Positions 13,950 through 26,744 of a DNA stretch of 64,000 nt are shown piece by piece. The notes beneath the pieces were generated by a model. It worked only from the letters and a program-made list of their open reading frames with translations, was not told the DNA's origin and searched no databases. Every line of letters begins with the position of its first letter. The first letter of the stretch is position 1. Source of the DNA: Octopus bimaculoides (taxonomy: Eukaryota); the NCBI RefSeq assembly GCF_001194135.2, contig NC_068987.1:101781460-101845459 (forward strand). Reading direction: 5' to 3'. The translations under genes were made by a program, and so were the position numbers.

Positions 13950-14175
13950 ATTCTCGAATGGCAGTGGATTGGCAGAATCGTTAGAATATTGGACAAAATG
14001 GTTCGTATCCTTTTTAGATTCAGAGCGTAAAATAAGATGTGGAGGTTGACTATTCCTTTCATTATTCCATGGGTCGATGAGATAATGTGCTTGTCAAGTA
14101 CTCTAGACGATTATATCGACCGTTCCCTACTTCTCATAACTGCTAGATTTTCTGCCTATATGAGAAACCATCATT
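13950..14175 (+). mobile_element. SINE family A, older diverged copy in tandem
   Basis: tggcagaatcgttagaatattggacaaaatg ... ggaggttgactattcctttcat ... gggtcgatgagataa. Confidence 0.65.
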
Positions 14176-15511
14176 ACCGTGTTATGTAAATGTTTTCTAG
14201 TTTTGTCCCCAAATGAGAATACATTTGGCTCAAAATACTGGAAAATTGTGATTTCGACACCGTTTTATTCCAAGCATAACAAACTTTGTTTCTGCTTTGA
14301 AACGGCGGTGGATTGAACTAAAAACTCTTCCTCTCTTTATGACCTGAATTAAATCTGTGAGGTCAACTTTGCAGTCCAATACTGTGTTTGATGGCATTAG
14401 TAAACTATTTTCCCGTATTAATGTTGACCTTTTGCCAAAATTTGAAACCATTATTATTGTTGTTGTTTTATCACTGAAATCTGCGTCTGCAAATTTGCTT
14501 GTTTCACATGTTTTTAATTTCTTTTCAGATAATTAATCCTAATTAGATATTTAATGCGTAGTACACACGCTCCCACGCACATACACACACGCACACATAG
14601 GCACGCACACGCACACACATATATTTAACGCAAATTTGACTATATCTTTCCATGAAGATGGCACGCCTGTGTAATTTTTCACAGTAATTTTTTTCCCTAC
14701 ATTTAATTGCAGTTAAACCCTATGGCCTTAACACCGATCAAATTTTAACATATTTTTGTGGTTGTTCTTTTTGCTTGCTGTTGGAACATGACGATTTAGT
14801 TAGTGGCCTCCGGCAATGACCCATTTAGTGTATCTATTTAATGCTTTCAACTTTAATTCAAGTGACGATAGGATATAAATTAAAGAAAACGTATGCAAAG
14901 ATAACAGATTGTAATATGGATAGAGAATGAAGGAACATTACAAACAGGAGAAAAATTGAAAACATATGGGAAATAACAAAAGAGTTTTCTGAAAGGAAAA
15001 TATGGATATAACAATAATTTGAAATTAATAAAGAGTAATTTGGTTAATTGTTGAATTTTCATTAAGTTCATTAAGAATTTTCCAAAATTTTAATGTCGCG
15101 ACTATGTTACCTGTTATATGATCAATATAATCTTTGAACAATATATATAACATCAAACAAAATCACATAGGTACAACAATTATAATTTAAGTTTATTTTC
15201 TTCTCATATTTCATGTTGCTGATAGGAACCAATGGAATGAAGACTAATTTTCAAAATGAAAATATGTATCAAATTAAAATAAAAGTAAAACACTTCATCA
15301 TTTGTATATTCGCAATATGTAATTAATTACGATAATAATGTTTAACTAAAAATTAATTTTTACGTACCATGTTGATGCATTTCCATATGAGATAACGTTT
15401 TATCTGTTACGATTCCCGGCGCTATGAGTTCAAATATCACCGGGGACAATTTAATTTTTCTTTGTTTCGAGGTCGATAAAAGCAGTGCAAAAGCAGAGAG
15501 ATAGTTTAGTG

Positions 15512-15655
15512 CAATGGTTCTCAACCGGGTTCTATATAACCTTTGGGAGACCACATAAGATATTGTTGCTAAAATCTATGGGCAATTAATTGGTTATATT
15601 TATACAACACATACACACACAAACTCTTTTAACAATTATTTAATACAATTCCAAA
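15512..15655 (+). mobile_element. hAT (Charlie-type) DNA transposon or MITE end
   Basis: Begins caatggttctcaacc, similar to the CAGTGGTTCTCAAC terminal inverted repeat of hAT-Charlie elements; no partner TIR found. Confidence 0.5.
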
Positions 15656-15669
15656 AAATGATTTCAAAT

Positions 15670-15853
15670 TTTTGCCACAAGGACAGCTTTGGGTAGAGGA
15701 GTAAGTCCATTGCATCGATCCCACTGTTACTTCATCCCGAAAGGATGAAAGTAAAGTCGACTTCGGTGGAATTTGAACTCAGAACGTAATGACAGACGGA
15801 ATACTGCTAAACATTTCGCCCGGCGTGCTACCGTTTCTGCCAGGTCGTCACCA
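15670..15853 (-). mobile_element. SINE family A copy
   Basis: cccgaaaggatgaaagtaaagtcgacttcggtggaatttgaactcagaacgt ... catttcgcccggcgtgcta. Confidence 0.88.
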
Positions 15854-16209
15854 TACATATAATGGTATTCTGAAAAGTTAACGTGCCAACTGCCGTCAGA
15901 ATAAAAAAATATATATATTTACTATTTTTTACATACGTGAAATCTCAGAATTACACTATTTTCATGAAAAAGTTTTTTCGGTATAAACATATGTATTTCT
16001 GACATTTCTCGGAATAAACCTAAAAAAAAGCAACATTGTAGTTTCATTCAAAATAAGTATACACACATGACCACACACACCACACTCACACACTCACAGG
16101 CACACACATACACACAAACAACCGCACATACACACACATATGCATATATATATATTTTGATGTAAGTGTGCTCGTGCAATGTGATGTGATGAGTGTGCGT
16201 GTGTGTGCT

Positions 16210-16260
<51 letters not shown>

Positions 16261-16724
16261 GGATTTTGGGAAATGAAAATAAAGATGTCGATCTAGAAAA
16301 ACACAGATGTATAGGAGAGACAGCTGAGGAGTGGAAAGAGAAATTGCGCATATATATATATATGATTGATAGAGAAATACGATTAAAATAGGAAATATCA
16401 TACTTCTACTTCACATTCTTGAAGAGTTTTCATGTTGAAATACTTTTTCACATATGAAGAACTGTTAATGATAAGAATGTGTACAGCGGAAACGGAAGTG
16501 AGCTAAGTTAAAACGTAATAGCGTTTTAAAAATTCAACACTGATCGATTTCAAAGAGACTGGGTGGATTTGATTGATAACAATACAGGATAAACCACTTG
16601 AGAACAGCAAATAGTCTTTATAGGCGAAAACTTGCATATTTATATACACACACATGCCAGACAGTAGTGAAAAGTATATAATGATATGAATTTCAGTGTT
16701 TTTTTTTTTCATGTATGTATGTAT

Positions 16725-16801
16725 GTATGTATGTATGTATGTAGGTATGTATGTGTACGTACTTATATATATCTCCATCCATCCATCCATCCATCCATCC
16801 A

Positions 16802-16853
<52 letters not shown>

Positions 16854-16855
16854 GA

Positions 16856-16899
<44 letters not shown>

Positions 16900-16910
16900 C
16901 GCGTGTGTGT
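16725..16910. repeat. Compound microsatellite (ATGT)n-(CCAT)n-(TATC)n-(TG)n
   Basis: Direct reading. Confidence 0.92.
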
Positions 16911-17217
16911 GGAGGCATAGTGGCCTAAGCAACAACAATTTTGCTTCATACACTCCTTTTGTGCTGTTCTAGTGTGCAAACGAATACATTATTCTCGGGC
17001 TGTGGGTGACAGATTTGGTTCTTGTGGATCGCTGTGGGAAGGAGCACACAGACGCCTGCGTTCTGCAATGCGGTAACGTCATTCGAAGTCTAATGGGTTT
17101 TAATTAATGTCGTCCAGGAGGAGAGTTGCTTCCTCTCTTGACTGTTTCTGCATTCTTCACTCGTCCGAGTGTGCTCGAAATATGATTTTACACGAATATA
17201 TTAAACCTGCTTCGTCC

Positions 17218-17307
<90 letters not shown>

Positions 17308-17317
17308 CTCTCTCTCC

Positions 17318-17394
<77 letters not shown>

Positions 17395-17600
17395 AGTCTC
17401 TCTCACTCTCTCACTCTCCCTCTCTCTCTCGCACTCACACACTCTCTCTCTGAATCTCTCTCAGACACTCTCTGGCACTCACACACACTCTCTCTCACTC
17501 TCTCTCTCTCGCTCTCTCGCACATACACTCTCTCTGTTTCTTTCTCTATCTCTCTTCTCTCTTCTCTCTCTCTCTCTCTCCCTCTCTCTCTGTCTCTTTA
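17218..17600. repeat. Compound (CT)n-(TATC)n-degenerate CT tract
   Basis: Direct reading. Confidence 0.92.
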
Positions 17601-19676
17601 TGGACACACGCACAAACACATGCACGCACGCATTCATCTGTGTGCGTGAAAATGTGCGTGTATTGTGAGCATATTTCCCTGTTTTATAGACCCGTTTTTG
17701 CATTACATATTTTTCCTTGCATGCACTGCATTTGTGTCCCCTCCAAAAGGAAGGACTGTTATTATTATTATGATTATATTATCCAGTACGATTTTTGTAG
17801 ATAATGTTAAAGTAATTCACGTCACACTTCAGACTCAAAGTTATGTCTATGATTTCTGACAGTCAATCAATAATGATTTGTAACTTTCGAAGACAATTAC
17901 ATATTTGTAGCAGACTGGGACTTGTCTGTTACATTTTTTTAAGAGGCAATGAGAGATGCTCTACGATGAAAACCGACGTGCTTGAAATAGAAACACTACC
18001 TCCTCAAACCACAACCGATTTTCTTGAAATGAGGGGACTCGTTGCATAATGTAGTATAAGGCACAGCATGCTTTTCAGAACAAAAAATAGGGCGGTCATT
18101 TGTGGAATGCAATTGTCTGATCATGAGTGACCTTGGATAATTCAGACGGAAGGACAATTCAAACGGCTCTGAATTTAGAGGACGTAGCTAAGTTATTTTG
18201 TAAACCTTTATGAAGACAACGCTGGTTAATTACGTTGTTATGAATTGTTCCAACTCTTTCTACTCTGCGTTTAAAATCTCCTCGATAACAGCTTTGATAA
18301 TTGTCTTTCTGGAGGACGATAAAGTACCAGTCAAATACTGGTATCGACTTTTTTCCTCTCTCTCTTCCACCCTGTCTCTTTCAGTCTCTAAAACAAATCT
18401 ATCACAAAGTTATTCTGGACTTATTCTGCCGACTTATCGTTTCTGATTCGAAATCCTACCGTTAACTTTTACCGCTTATCCTCTTAGTATTCGATAAATA
18501 GATTACCAATGAAATTCTGAGATTGATTCTTAGCCTCTCTGTGTCTCTGTTGCACACTCTATATCAGAATCGGCGACATTCAGCAGTAAAAGAGACGTGA
18601 ATAGGCGACACACTCACTACAGATTGTTTGAAGGGCTAACCTCCTTTCACATGCATCAAAAGCCGCCCAAAGAAACTAGACATGGTGGACGTGGAGGTAC
18701 ACTTTCACTGTTTACTACAGAACAAAAAACAAATCTGCTAATCTTTATATTAAACTATAAAATTAATTTCTAAACTAGGCACGAGGTCTAAGTTTAGAGG
18801 CTGGTTAAAATCGATGATGTTGGCGCTTGTGTTTGGCAGATATGATATTTCATTGACTCCAGAATTTAAGACGAGGCCGACCTGTGAGGAATTTGAACAT
18901 AATAACAATGACGATTATTACTCACACAAGGCGCCGCATTATGAACGAAGAGAGAGTACGCGAATGAATCGACGTTCTGTAGAAAAGTGGTGTTAGTTAA
19001 TTCTACAGAGAATTATATTTGACAGTTCTACCGAATTTGCCACTTCTTCCCCGACATAACAATTACAATAATATTAGGAATTTTAAAACATTTTAAGCAT
19101 TTTAAGCTATTATTTCCCTTCCACAAACACATACAGAGACACGATCGCGTGCGCACACATATTCGTACTCCTACACACAGGCGTGCGCATACACGCGATC
19201 ACATATTCTCTCTACGACATACGCGCACACAGACCTACACTAGCTCTCATATAATTGAGACATATCAATAGAATGAATTATTAATGTTAAATAATCTTCA
19301 TATATGATGATAATATACATAGATACAAAGATTCATACATACTTACACACGCGCACACACACACACACACACACACATGTATGCATTTGTCATTTGTTAA
19401 ATGCTTAAATTTCCCGTCTATTTGAAAACTAATTTTTCATATTATCTTTTCGGGATTGGGGGCCGGGGGCTGGGTAAAATACTCATTGTTTTGGTTTTAT
19501 TGGAGGAAGAACATGCTTTTTTTTTTATTATTTAATTTTATTATTATTGGAGATGTCTTGAGTCATGATTCCGCTGAAGGGTTCCTTTCCCATATACGTA
19601 TTTATAGCTAAATATAGACAATGACACACCGTACGCGCATATAAACTCTCTCTCACACACACAGAATAACCACTGC

Positions 19677-19714
<38 letters not shown>

Positions 19715-19784
19715 TTGTGTATACCCTTCTGTACCAAAACATATAAACACACAAATCCCACCCCCTTTCTCCCCATCTCTCTTG

Positions 19785-19824
<40 letters not shown>

Positions 19825-20256
19825 TCATATTATATATGATATATATAAAATGTGGGCGTATACGCTAAATGAGTCAGTGATATTTGCATGATTGTATATG
19901 TGTCTGAAAAAGCCATTATTACACAACGGAGACCGTTCAAATATAATCCCACCTCATTTTCATGAAATTTTTATGCATCTACTTTTATATCTATCTACTT
20001 TGTATCTCTTAGCGCTAATGTATATATTTTGCCGAGCTGTTCTTTTAGAACATGAAGTGCTTAATGATACGTATCGGTTGTGGTGGTAATGTAGGAGTTA
20101 TCTGCAATAATGTGAGATTGAAACCATTTATGCCAGCTTCAATTGCCAATGCCAATCAAATTTTATATTTTCTCTACATGACAAAAAAAGAAATAAGTAG
20201 CTAACGTATTTAGGGTGATGGGAAAGAGGATCGTGCAAAGAACCTTTAAGCGCAGT

Positions 20257-20488
20257 AACAATAATAATAATGGTTTCAAATTTTGTCGCAAGTCCAGGAA
20301 TTTTAGTTGAATAAAGGGTAGCCAATTATATTATCCTTCGTGCTCAACTGGTACTTATTTTATCGACTCCGACAGGACAGAAGGTAACATCGACCAAGGC
20401 TGAAGTTGAACTTAGAACGTAAAGAGCGGGAAGGACTGCGGCTTAGCATTTTGTCAGAATAAATAACAATCCTGCAGCTAGCCGCCTT
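20257..20488 (-). mobile_element. SINE family A copy 1 of tandem trio
   Basis: Ends gccgccttc (head on the minus strand); short (AAT)n-like tail at 20257-20270. Confidence 0.8.
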
Positions 20489-20489
20489 C

Positions 20490-20711
20490 ATAACAATCCT
20501 TTCTAGTATAGGCACAAGGCCTGAAATGTTGGGGTAGGGAACAGACGATTACATCGACCCCACTATTCAATTGGTACTTATTTTATCGATCTCGAAGGAT
20601 GAAAGGTAAAGTCGACCACGTGGAATTTGAACTCAGAACATATAAAGACGGACGAGTTGCTCCTGAGTATTTTACCCACGCGTGCTAACAACTCTGTCAG
20701 CTCGCCGCCTT
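20490..20711 (-). mobile_element. SINE family A copy 2 of tandem trio
   Basis: tctagtataggcacaaggcctgaaat ... gaaaggtaaagtcgacc ... gaatttgaactcagaac ... ctcgccgcctt. Confidence 0.88.
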
Positions 20712-20724
20712 AGCCATCTTCATA

Positions 20725-20875
20725 ATAATAACTGTGGTTTCTAATTTCAGCACAAGGCCAGCAATTATAGGTGTTGGGGGTTTTAGTCGATGTCATCGAC
20801 TGCAGTTCTAGTGTGGTACTTAGTTTATCAACAATGGGGGAACGAAAAGGCAGAGTTAAATTCGGAGGGATTTAA
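20725..20875 (-). mobile_element. SINE family A copy 3 of tandem trio (5'-truncated)
   Basis: ttctaatttcagcacaaggccagc ... gtcgatgtcatcgac ... ggtacttagtttatc. Confidence 0.7.
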
Positions 20876-21057
20876 AATATCTGTAAAATGGAAAACTGTT
20901 CATAACATACCACAAGGCACGTTGTTCATGGCACTTTTGAGTCTTTGATTCTTAAAATTGATTGAAAACGAAACACTTTGAAAAAGTTAACAAACGACTC
21001 TCTCTCTCTCTCTCTTTGTTTCCCTCTCTTTCTCTCTCTTTATTTTGTCCCCTTCTC

Positions 21058-21091
<34 letters not shown>

Positions 21092-21881
21092 GTTCTTTCG
21101 TTCGATCGTATGACGTAACTGTTTACGTGCATTTCTACCTGTCTGTTTGTCTATCTATATATTTATCTGAACACACACATACTCATTCGTATCTATCTAT
21201 CTATTTAAATATTGTTGTATTTCGGGATGGTCATTNNNNNNNNNNNNNNNNNNNNNNNNNNNNNNNNNNNNNNNNNNNNNNNNNNNNNNNNNNNNNNNNN
21301 NNNNNNNNNNNNNNNNNNNNNNNNNNNNNNNNNNNNNNNNNNNNNNNNNNNNNNNNNNNNNNNNNNNNNNNNNNNNNNNNNNNNNNNNNNNNNNNNNNNN
21401 NNNNNNNNNNNNNNNNNNNNNNNNNNNNNNNNNNNNNNNNNNNNNNNNNNNNNNNNNNNNNNNNNNNNNNNNNNNNNNNNNNNNNNNNNNNNNNNNNNNN
21501 NNNNNNNNNNNNNNNNNNNNNNNNNNNNNNNNNNNNNNNNNNNNNNNNNNNNNNNNNNNNNNNNNNNNNNNNNNNNNNNNNNNNNNNNNNNNNNNNNNNN
21601 NNNNNNNNNNNNNNNNNNNNNNNNNNNNNNNNNNNNNNNNNNNNNNNNNNNNNNNNNNNNNNNNNNNNNNNNNNNNNNNNNNNNNNNNNNNNNNNNNNNN
21701 NNNNNNNNNNNNNNNNNNNNNNNNNNNNNNNNNNNNNNNNNNNNNNNNNNNNNNNNNNNNNNNNNNNNNNNNNNNNNNNNNNNNNNNNNNTATATATATA
21801 TATATATGTATATATATGTAAATATATAAAAACAAAAAGTTAAAGAGAGCAAAGGTAAGGTTGAAGAATTTTATGGATAGA

Positions 21882-21930
21882 GTCTTACAGCTGTTTCTGG
21901 GAAGATCCAGTACTTCCCTTCATCGGAGAC
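21882..21930 (-). ncRNA. Minimal type I hammerhead-like motif (left arm)
   Basis: Exact reverse complement of 22503-22551. Confidence 0.65.
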
Positions 21931-22502
21931 AGAAAAAATAAAGTAATCGATTATATCCATAGGCGGATATGTTTAGTATGAAGTGGTAAAGAGTGTGATG
22001 TGCTAAAAAAAGAGAGAACAGTACTTGAAATGTAGTTTCATTCCAGTGGTAAATATCCGTGTAGAAATTCGTGCAAATTAATCCTTGCATGAATAATCCG
22101 GAAATTTATGTTGGAACGAGAGTTGGTATAGCATAGATAGCAGAGGTATATGTATTCCATATTGCAATATATTTTTGCTTGTTTACTTGAAGAATGTCCA
22201 AGTCAAGTGAACATTTAGCGGTAATTAGGTCAAGTCAAGAAGATAGAATGTGCAAAAATCTATTGCAATATGGAATATATATACCTCTGCTATCTATGCT
22301 ATATCAACTCTCGTTCCAACATAAATTTCCGGATTATTCACGCAAGGATTAATTTGCACGAATTTCTACACGGATATTTACCACTGGAATAAAACTACAC
22401 TTCAAGTACTGTTCTCTCTTTTTTTAGCACATCACGCTCTTTACCACTTCATACTAAAAATATCCGCCTATGGATATAGTAATAGATTTCTTTATTTTTT
22501 CT

Positions 22503-22551
22503 GTCTCCGATGAAGGGAAGTACTGGATCTTCCCAGAAACAGCTGTAAGAC
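22503..22551 (+). ncRNA. Minimal type I hammerhead-like motif (right arm)
   Basis: Stem I GTCT/AGAC, core CCGATGA, A, stem II GGGAAG/CTTCCC, A, GAAA, palindromic ACAGCTGT, predicted GUA site ending at 22547. Confidence 0.68.
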
Positions 22552-23906
22552 TCTATCCATAAAATTCTTCAACCTTACCTTTGCTCTCTTTATCTTTTTG
22601 TTTTTTATATATTTACATATACACACGCTAATACACGACTTATAATACCCAATCTTGTTCATACAACGACTGGGGCAAATTAATCGGTATACAGTACTTA
22701 CTCGGTATTACCTGTATCCTNNNNNNNNNNNNNNNNNNNNNNNNNNNNNNNNNNNNNNNNNNNNNNNNNNNNNNNNNNNNNNNNNNNNNNNNNNNNNNNN
22801 NNNNNNNNNNNNNNNNNNNNNNNNNNNNNNNNNNNNNNNNNNNNNNNNNNNNNNNNNNNNNNNNNNNNNNNNNNNNNNNNNNNNNNNNNNNNNNNNNNNN
22901 NNNNNNNNNNNNNNNNNNNNNNNNNNNNNNNNNNNNNNNNNNNNNNNNNNNNNNNNNNNNNNNNNNNNNNNNNNNNNNNNNNNNNNNNNNNNNNNNNNNN
23001 NNNNNNNNNNNNNNNNNNNNNNNNNNNNNNNNNNNNNNNNNNNNNNNNNNNNNNNNNNNNNNNNNNNNNNNNNNNNNNNNNNNNNNNNNNNNNNNNNNNN
23101 NNNNNNNNNNNNNNNNNNNNNNNNNNNNNNNNNNNNNNNNNNNNNNNNNNNNNNNNNNNNNTATACATAATACATATATGTATATACGTTTGTCGTAATG
23201 AATTGAAGATAGTGTACTCAGAATCTGATGTAAAATATAAATAGTTTATTTGATTCAAACAGCCGGAAACAGAACGAAATGAAGGCCTTTGTTTTTCCCC
23301 ACGAACGATATTTCGACTATTTTAGTAACTTTTGCGGAACATTCTGAAATTTCCCTGATTTATTAATAAATCAATCAAAGAGAAAAATGGAAACCATGGC
23401 GAATTCAACAAATGCTGGGATCAATTTGGAATATGACACCAAATGTCTGATTGACGCCCTCCTGATGTTATGATGATGATGTTGATGATGAGAATGATGA
23501 TGATGATAATGACGATGACGGTGATGATGATGACGATCATCATCATCATCATTGTTATTCCTCTAATATCAATAATACTAAAGATTATTAGTCTACAGAC
23601 AAAACAGAAAATTTCACTTAGACTACATCTATTGCTATATCAACCACGAATATTTATTTGATATCGGCGCCAGACAGAAAAAAAGAGCATATTAAAGCAG
23701 CACATTAAATTAATAATAATAATTAGAGAACGAAAGAAAGAAAGAAATAAAGAAGGGAAGAAAGAACGAACGAAAGAAAGAAAGAAAGGAGACCTGTAAA
23801 TTCTTTCCATTCCATCTTTCTCTCTCCTGCCTACATTCTTACCCTCTCCCTTTCTACTGCCCTCTCTCTGTGTGTGTATATGTGTATGCGTTTACGTGCA
23901 TTATAT

Positions 23907-24048
<142 letters not shown>

Positions 24049-24169
24049 ATTTATGTACATATATATACTATCTCTCAGATATACATGTAGACCTTCTCTG
24101 GTAACGTTGCTGTGTCATTCTCATCTCCACCCCACCCCGCTCTGTCTCTCTCTACCTATCTATCTATCC

Positions 24170-24211
<42 letters not shown>

Positions 24212-24544
24212 ATATCTGTCGGTTTTGCTTTTAACGCCAACCGTTTCAGGCAGTGGAGTTTTTGTGCCTGAATTCTGCCAAACTGCTCAGCTTTTACGTT
24301 AGTCTCTTTCATATCGATTTAAATACAAAATTTCGTTACCATAGGTTCATCGTCACAACTATTCCCATTTCATTTCATATTATTTCTGTAAACATCATGA
24401 CCATCCTTACTTTGGATATCATCGTTGTCCTGGTCATTGTTGTTGCCTTCGATGCCGTCGGCGTCATCTTTATTATCACTGTCATTATACTTACTATTTT
24501 ACTTACACTCAGCATTGTTGTACTTAATATTTAGTTGTCGTGTA

Positions 24545-24720
24545 TGGGTAGGGAAGAGCCAATTATATAGACTCCAGTAAGTGAGTAATAATTATTTTAT
24601 CAACGGACGAAAAATGAACGCTGAAGCAAACCTCGACGGATTTGAACTAGTACCGTAAGGGGTTGTAACACAATCACCCCGTGGCATGTTATCCGCTGCT
24701 TTTTGGATTTTATCCTTAGC
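24545..24720 (-). mobile_element. SINE family A, diverged
   Basis: caaacctcgacggatttgaactag and flanking modules. Confidence 0.6.
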
Positions 24721-24884
24721 CATTCTTCAGTTATACATATGACAACTAATACATATCAATAATCAGTGGTAGATCGAAAGAATCAGTGAAGAGCTGGTGT
24801 CTAATTTCCTATGCTTATTTGTGAGTTCAAATTTTATTAATATTTATAACCTTGATTACTAACAGAGTTACAACACTTTAATAT

Positions 24885-25215
24885 TCTTTAGTGGCACATG
24901 GGTATTAGCTCTCCGTTGGTTGTGATGAAAAGGTTTCTAGTTGAGTCTATCAACGGATGCGTCTGCTCATGAAATTAATGTGTAAGTGGCTGAGCTCGCT
25001 ACAGACATGCGTACTGTTAAGAAAGCAATTAGGGAGATTCAGCATCACTCAGAATGTGACCATGCCTGCCCATTCAGTTTCATGTATTATTCATTTTCCC
25101 TCAGCTGAGTGGACAGGAGAAACGTGAAAATTAAAGAGTCTTGCGCAAGGATACAACGCACCACCAGGTACTGAATTCATGATCGTGAACTCAATACCAT
25201 ATAGCCAAAGAGGAT
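24885..25215 (-). mobile_element. tRNA-head SINE sharing its 3' half with the 32127 copy
   Basis: catgaaattaatgtgtaagtggctgagc is the reverse complement of gctcagccacttgcacgttaatttcacg; head and core at 25090-25215. Confidence 0.8.
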
Positions 25216-25539
25216 AGCGCTATTTTATAGACTCATATTTTTCACTGAAAGTTATTTTGATATAATGGAAGTGATTTGGATTACTATACTTCCTGAGTAG
25301 TCTCGTCCCTAAAACGCCATAATTAAGGGACTTCAGATTTTATATCTTTCTTATATTTTAGTAAACTCCCACAGAATCTTGGCTGTATTTATTTTATTTT
25401 TTAAAATTTTTAGTTCCATTTTCTAGGATGTTCTGTGCGAAACCCATTTCAAATTTGGGAAGTCATCCTTATATTTTCGTGGTTACTTTTTCTAAAGTCC
25501 TCAATAGTATTGTATGGCTCTTCTAAGAAATACGAAGAA

Positions 25540-26600
25540 ATGGCAGGAGCAATGATAAACACGGTCCAATCAGCGGGCCTGGAGAGACAAGTAGATCGCT
25601 AGACGAATAGACCGGTTATATTGCTCGGGTATGGTTTGGTTCTGACATCCAGATAGAGAGAACGTAGGATGATTTTACAAGGACGCTGGCTACCTGTACT
25701 CCTAATTGGATTGAAAGGACCCCATCCCTGATAGATGGAACAGAAGTGTCGAAATTATATTCACCCTCATAATAATTTGCCGCTTGATCGTCGTGCTTTG
25801 ACCAAGTCATCGTTTAGAAAGATTCTGGAGGTCGACGAGAATCAAATTCCAACTCTTTTCCGGAGGAGTATCAGGTCAGAACTCATCAATAATTTCCAGA
25901 AATATTTGCCTGACAGTGTCACCATTGAAAGGCATTAGCGCTACAAGACCACCTCTAGTGATGAGACTATACTGGACACATACATACGGTGTCCGAGCAT
26001 TGGTGAGTTGTCCAGCAGATATTCTCTCGCGGACAATGAATCCGGGTATCAGCTGAGTTGAACGTGAGAACCAGTCCACTACCCGTCTTTAACAATACAG
26101 AGCAGGCGGTATTCTTTTGTCTAATAGCTTTGGTGAAACAGGATGTGCAGTTAATAATGGTGAAAGCATTCACGATGGACACTTTACTCCTTGGTCATCT
26201 ATTGACTTAGTCTTTAAAGTTCTACTTAAAAGGAGAAGTGAGGACGGAGAAGGAAATGCTCTCCCACAACGGCTTTCTCAAAAAGTTGGAAGCTGAAGAT
26301 GGTTGAGGTGAATGGATTTACTATGCACCTGTAGATTGGAGAAGAGCAGTCAGGCCAACTTTAGGTGATCAAGAAAATTTTCGATCTGATGTTCCTTGTT
26401 TGGGCCTAGACGCAGTTTCTCCTACTTTAGAACTGCATCAAACACGCATTCTTATATTTTGTATACTATGTTTACTTTCCATCTCATCTCTTCCTCCTCT
26501 CGCTTTCTTCTCCTCATCTTATATGTAAAATCTCACAAAAAATTGAAACTGTCCTTGTAATGTCTCATCCATCTGATGCCCCTGTGACAAATAAAAGGGT
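25540..26600 (+). pseudogene. Tx1/L1-clade LINE ORF2 C-terminus (zf-RVT region) and 3' UTR, decayed
   Basis: Frameshifted pieces NNFQKYL/A*QCH..KALALQDHL, ETILDTYIRCPSIGEL and QAVFFCLIALVK...KFYLKGEVRTEKE resemble Tx1-type ORF2 ends; aataaa at ~26590. Confidence 0.72.
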
Positions 26601-26607
26601 TTGTTGT

Positions 26608-26677
26608 CGTTACTCTTTTACACTTTTACTTGTTTCAGTCATTTGACTGCGGCCATGCTGGAGCACCGCCTTTAGTG
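26608..26677 (-). mobile_element. SINE family B 3' tail only (5'-truncated)
   Basis: Reverse complement of taaaggcggtgctccagcatggccgcagt..gactgaaacaagtaaaag at 33847-33900. Confidence 0.9.
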
Positions 26678-26744
26678 TCAATCGTGAATCCTTTCACTAT
26701 TGTTCACTGCACATCCTCTTTCACCAAAGCTATTAGACACCGCC

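Larger units (their letters stand above)
21813..22621. repeat. Long inverted repeat: arms 21813-22178 and 22252-22621, 73-nt spacer; probable inverted Penelope-type terminal repeats
   Basis: Manual alignment of left arm against the reverse complement of the right arm gives about 11 substitutions and 2 small indels (~96% identity). Confidence 0.95.
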
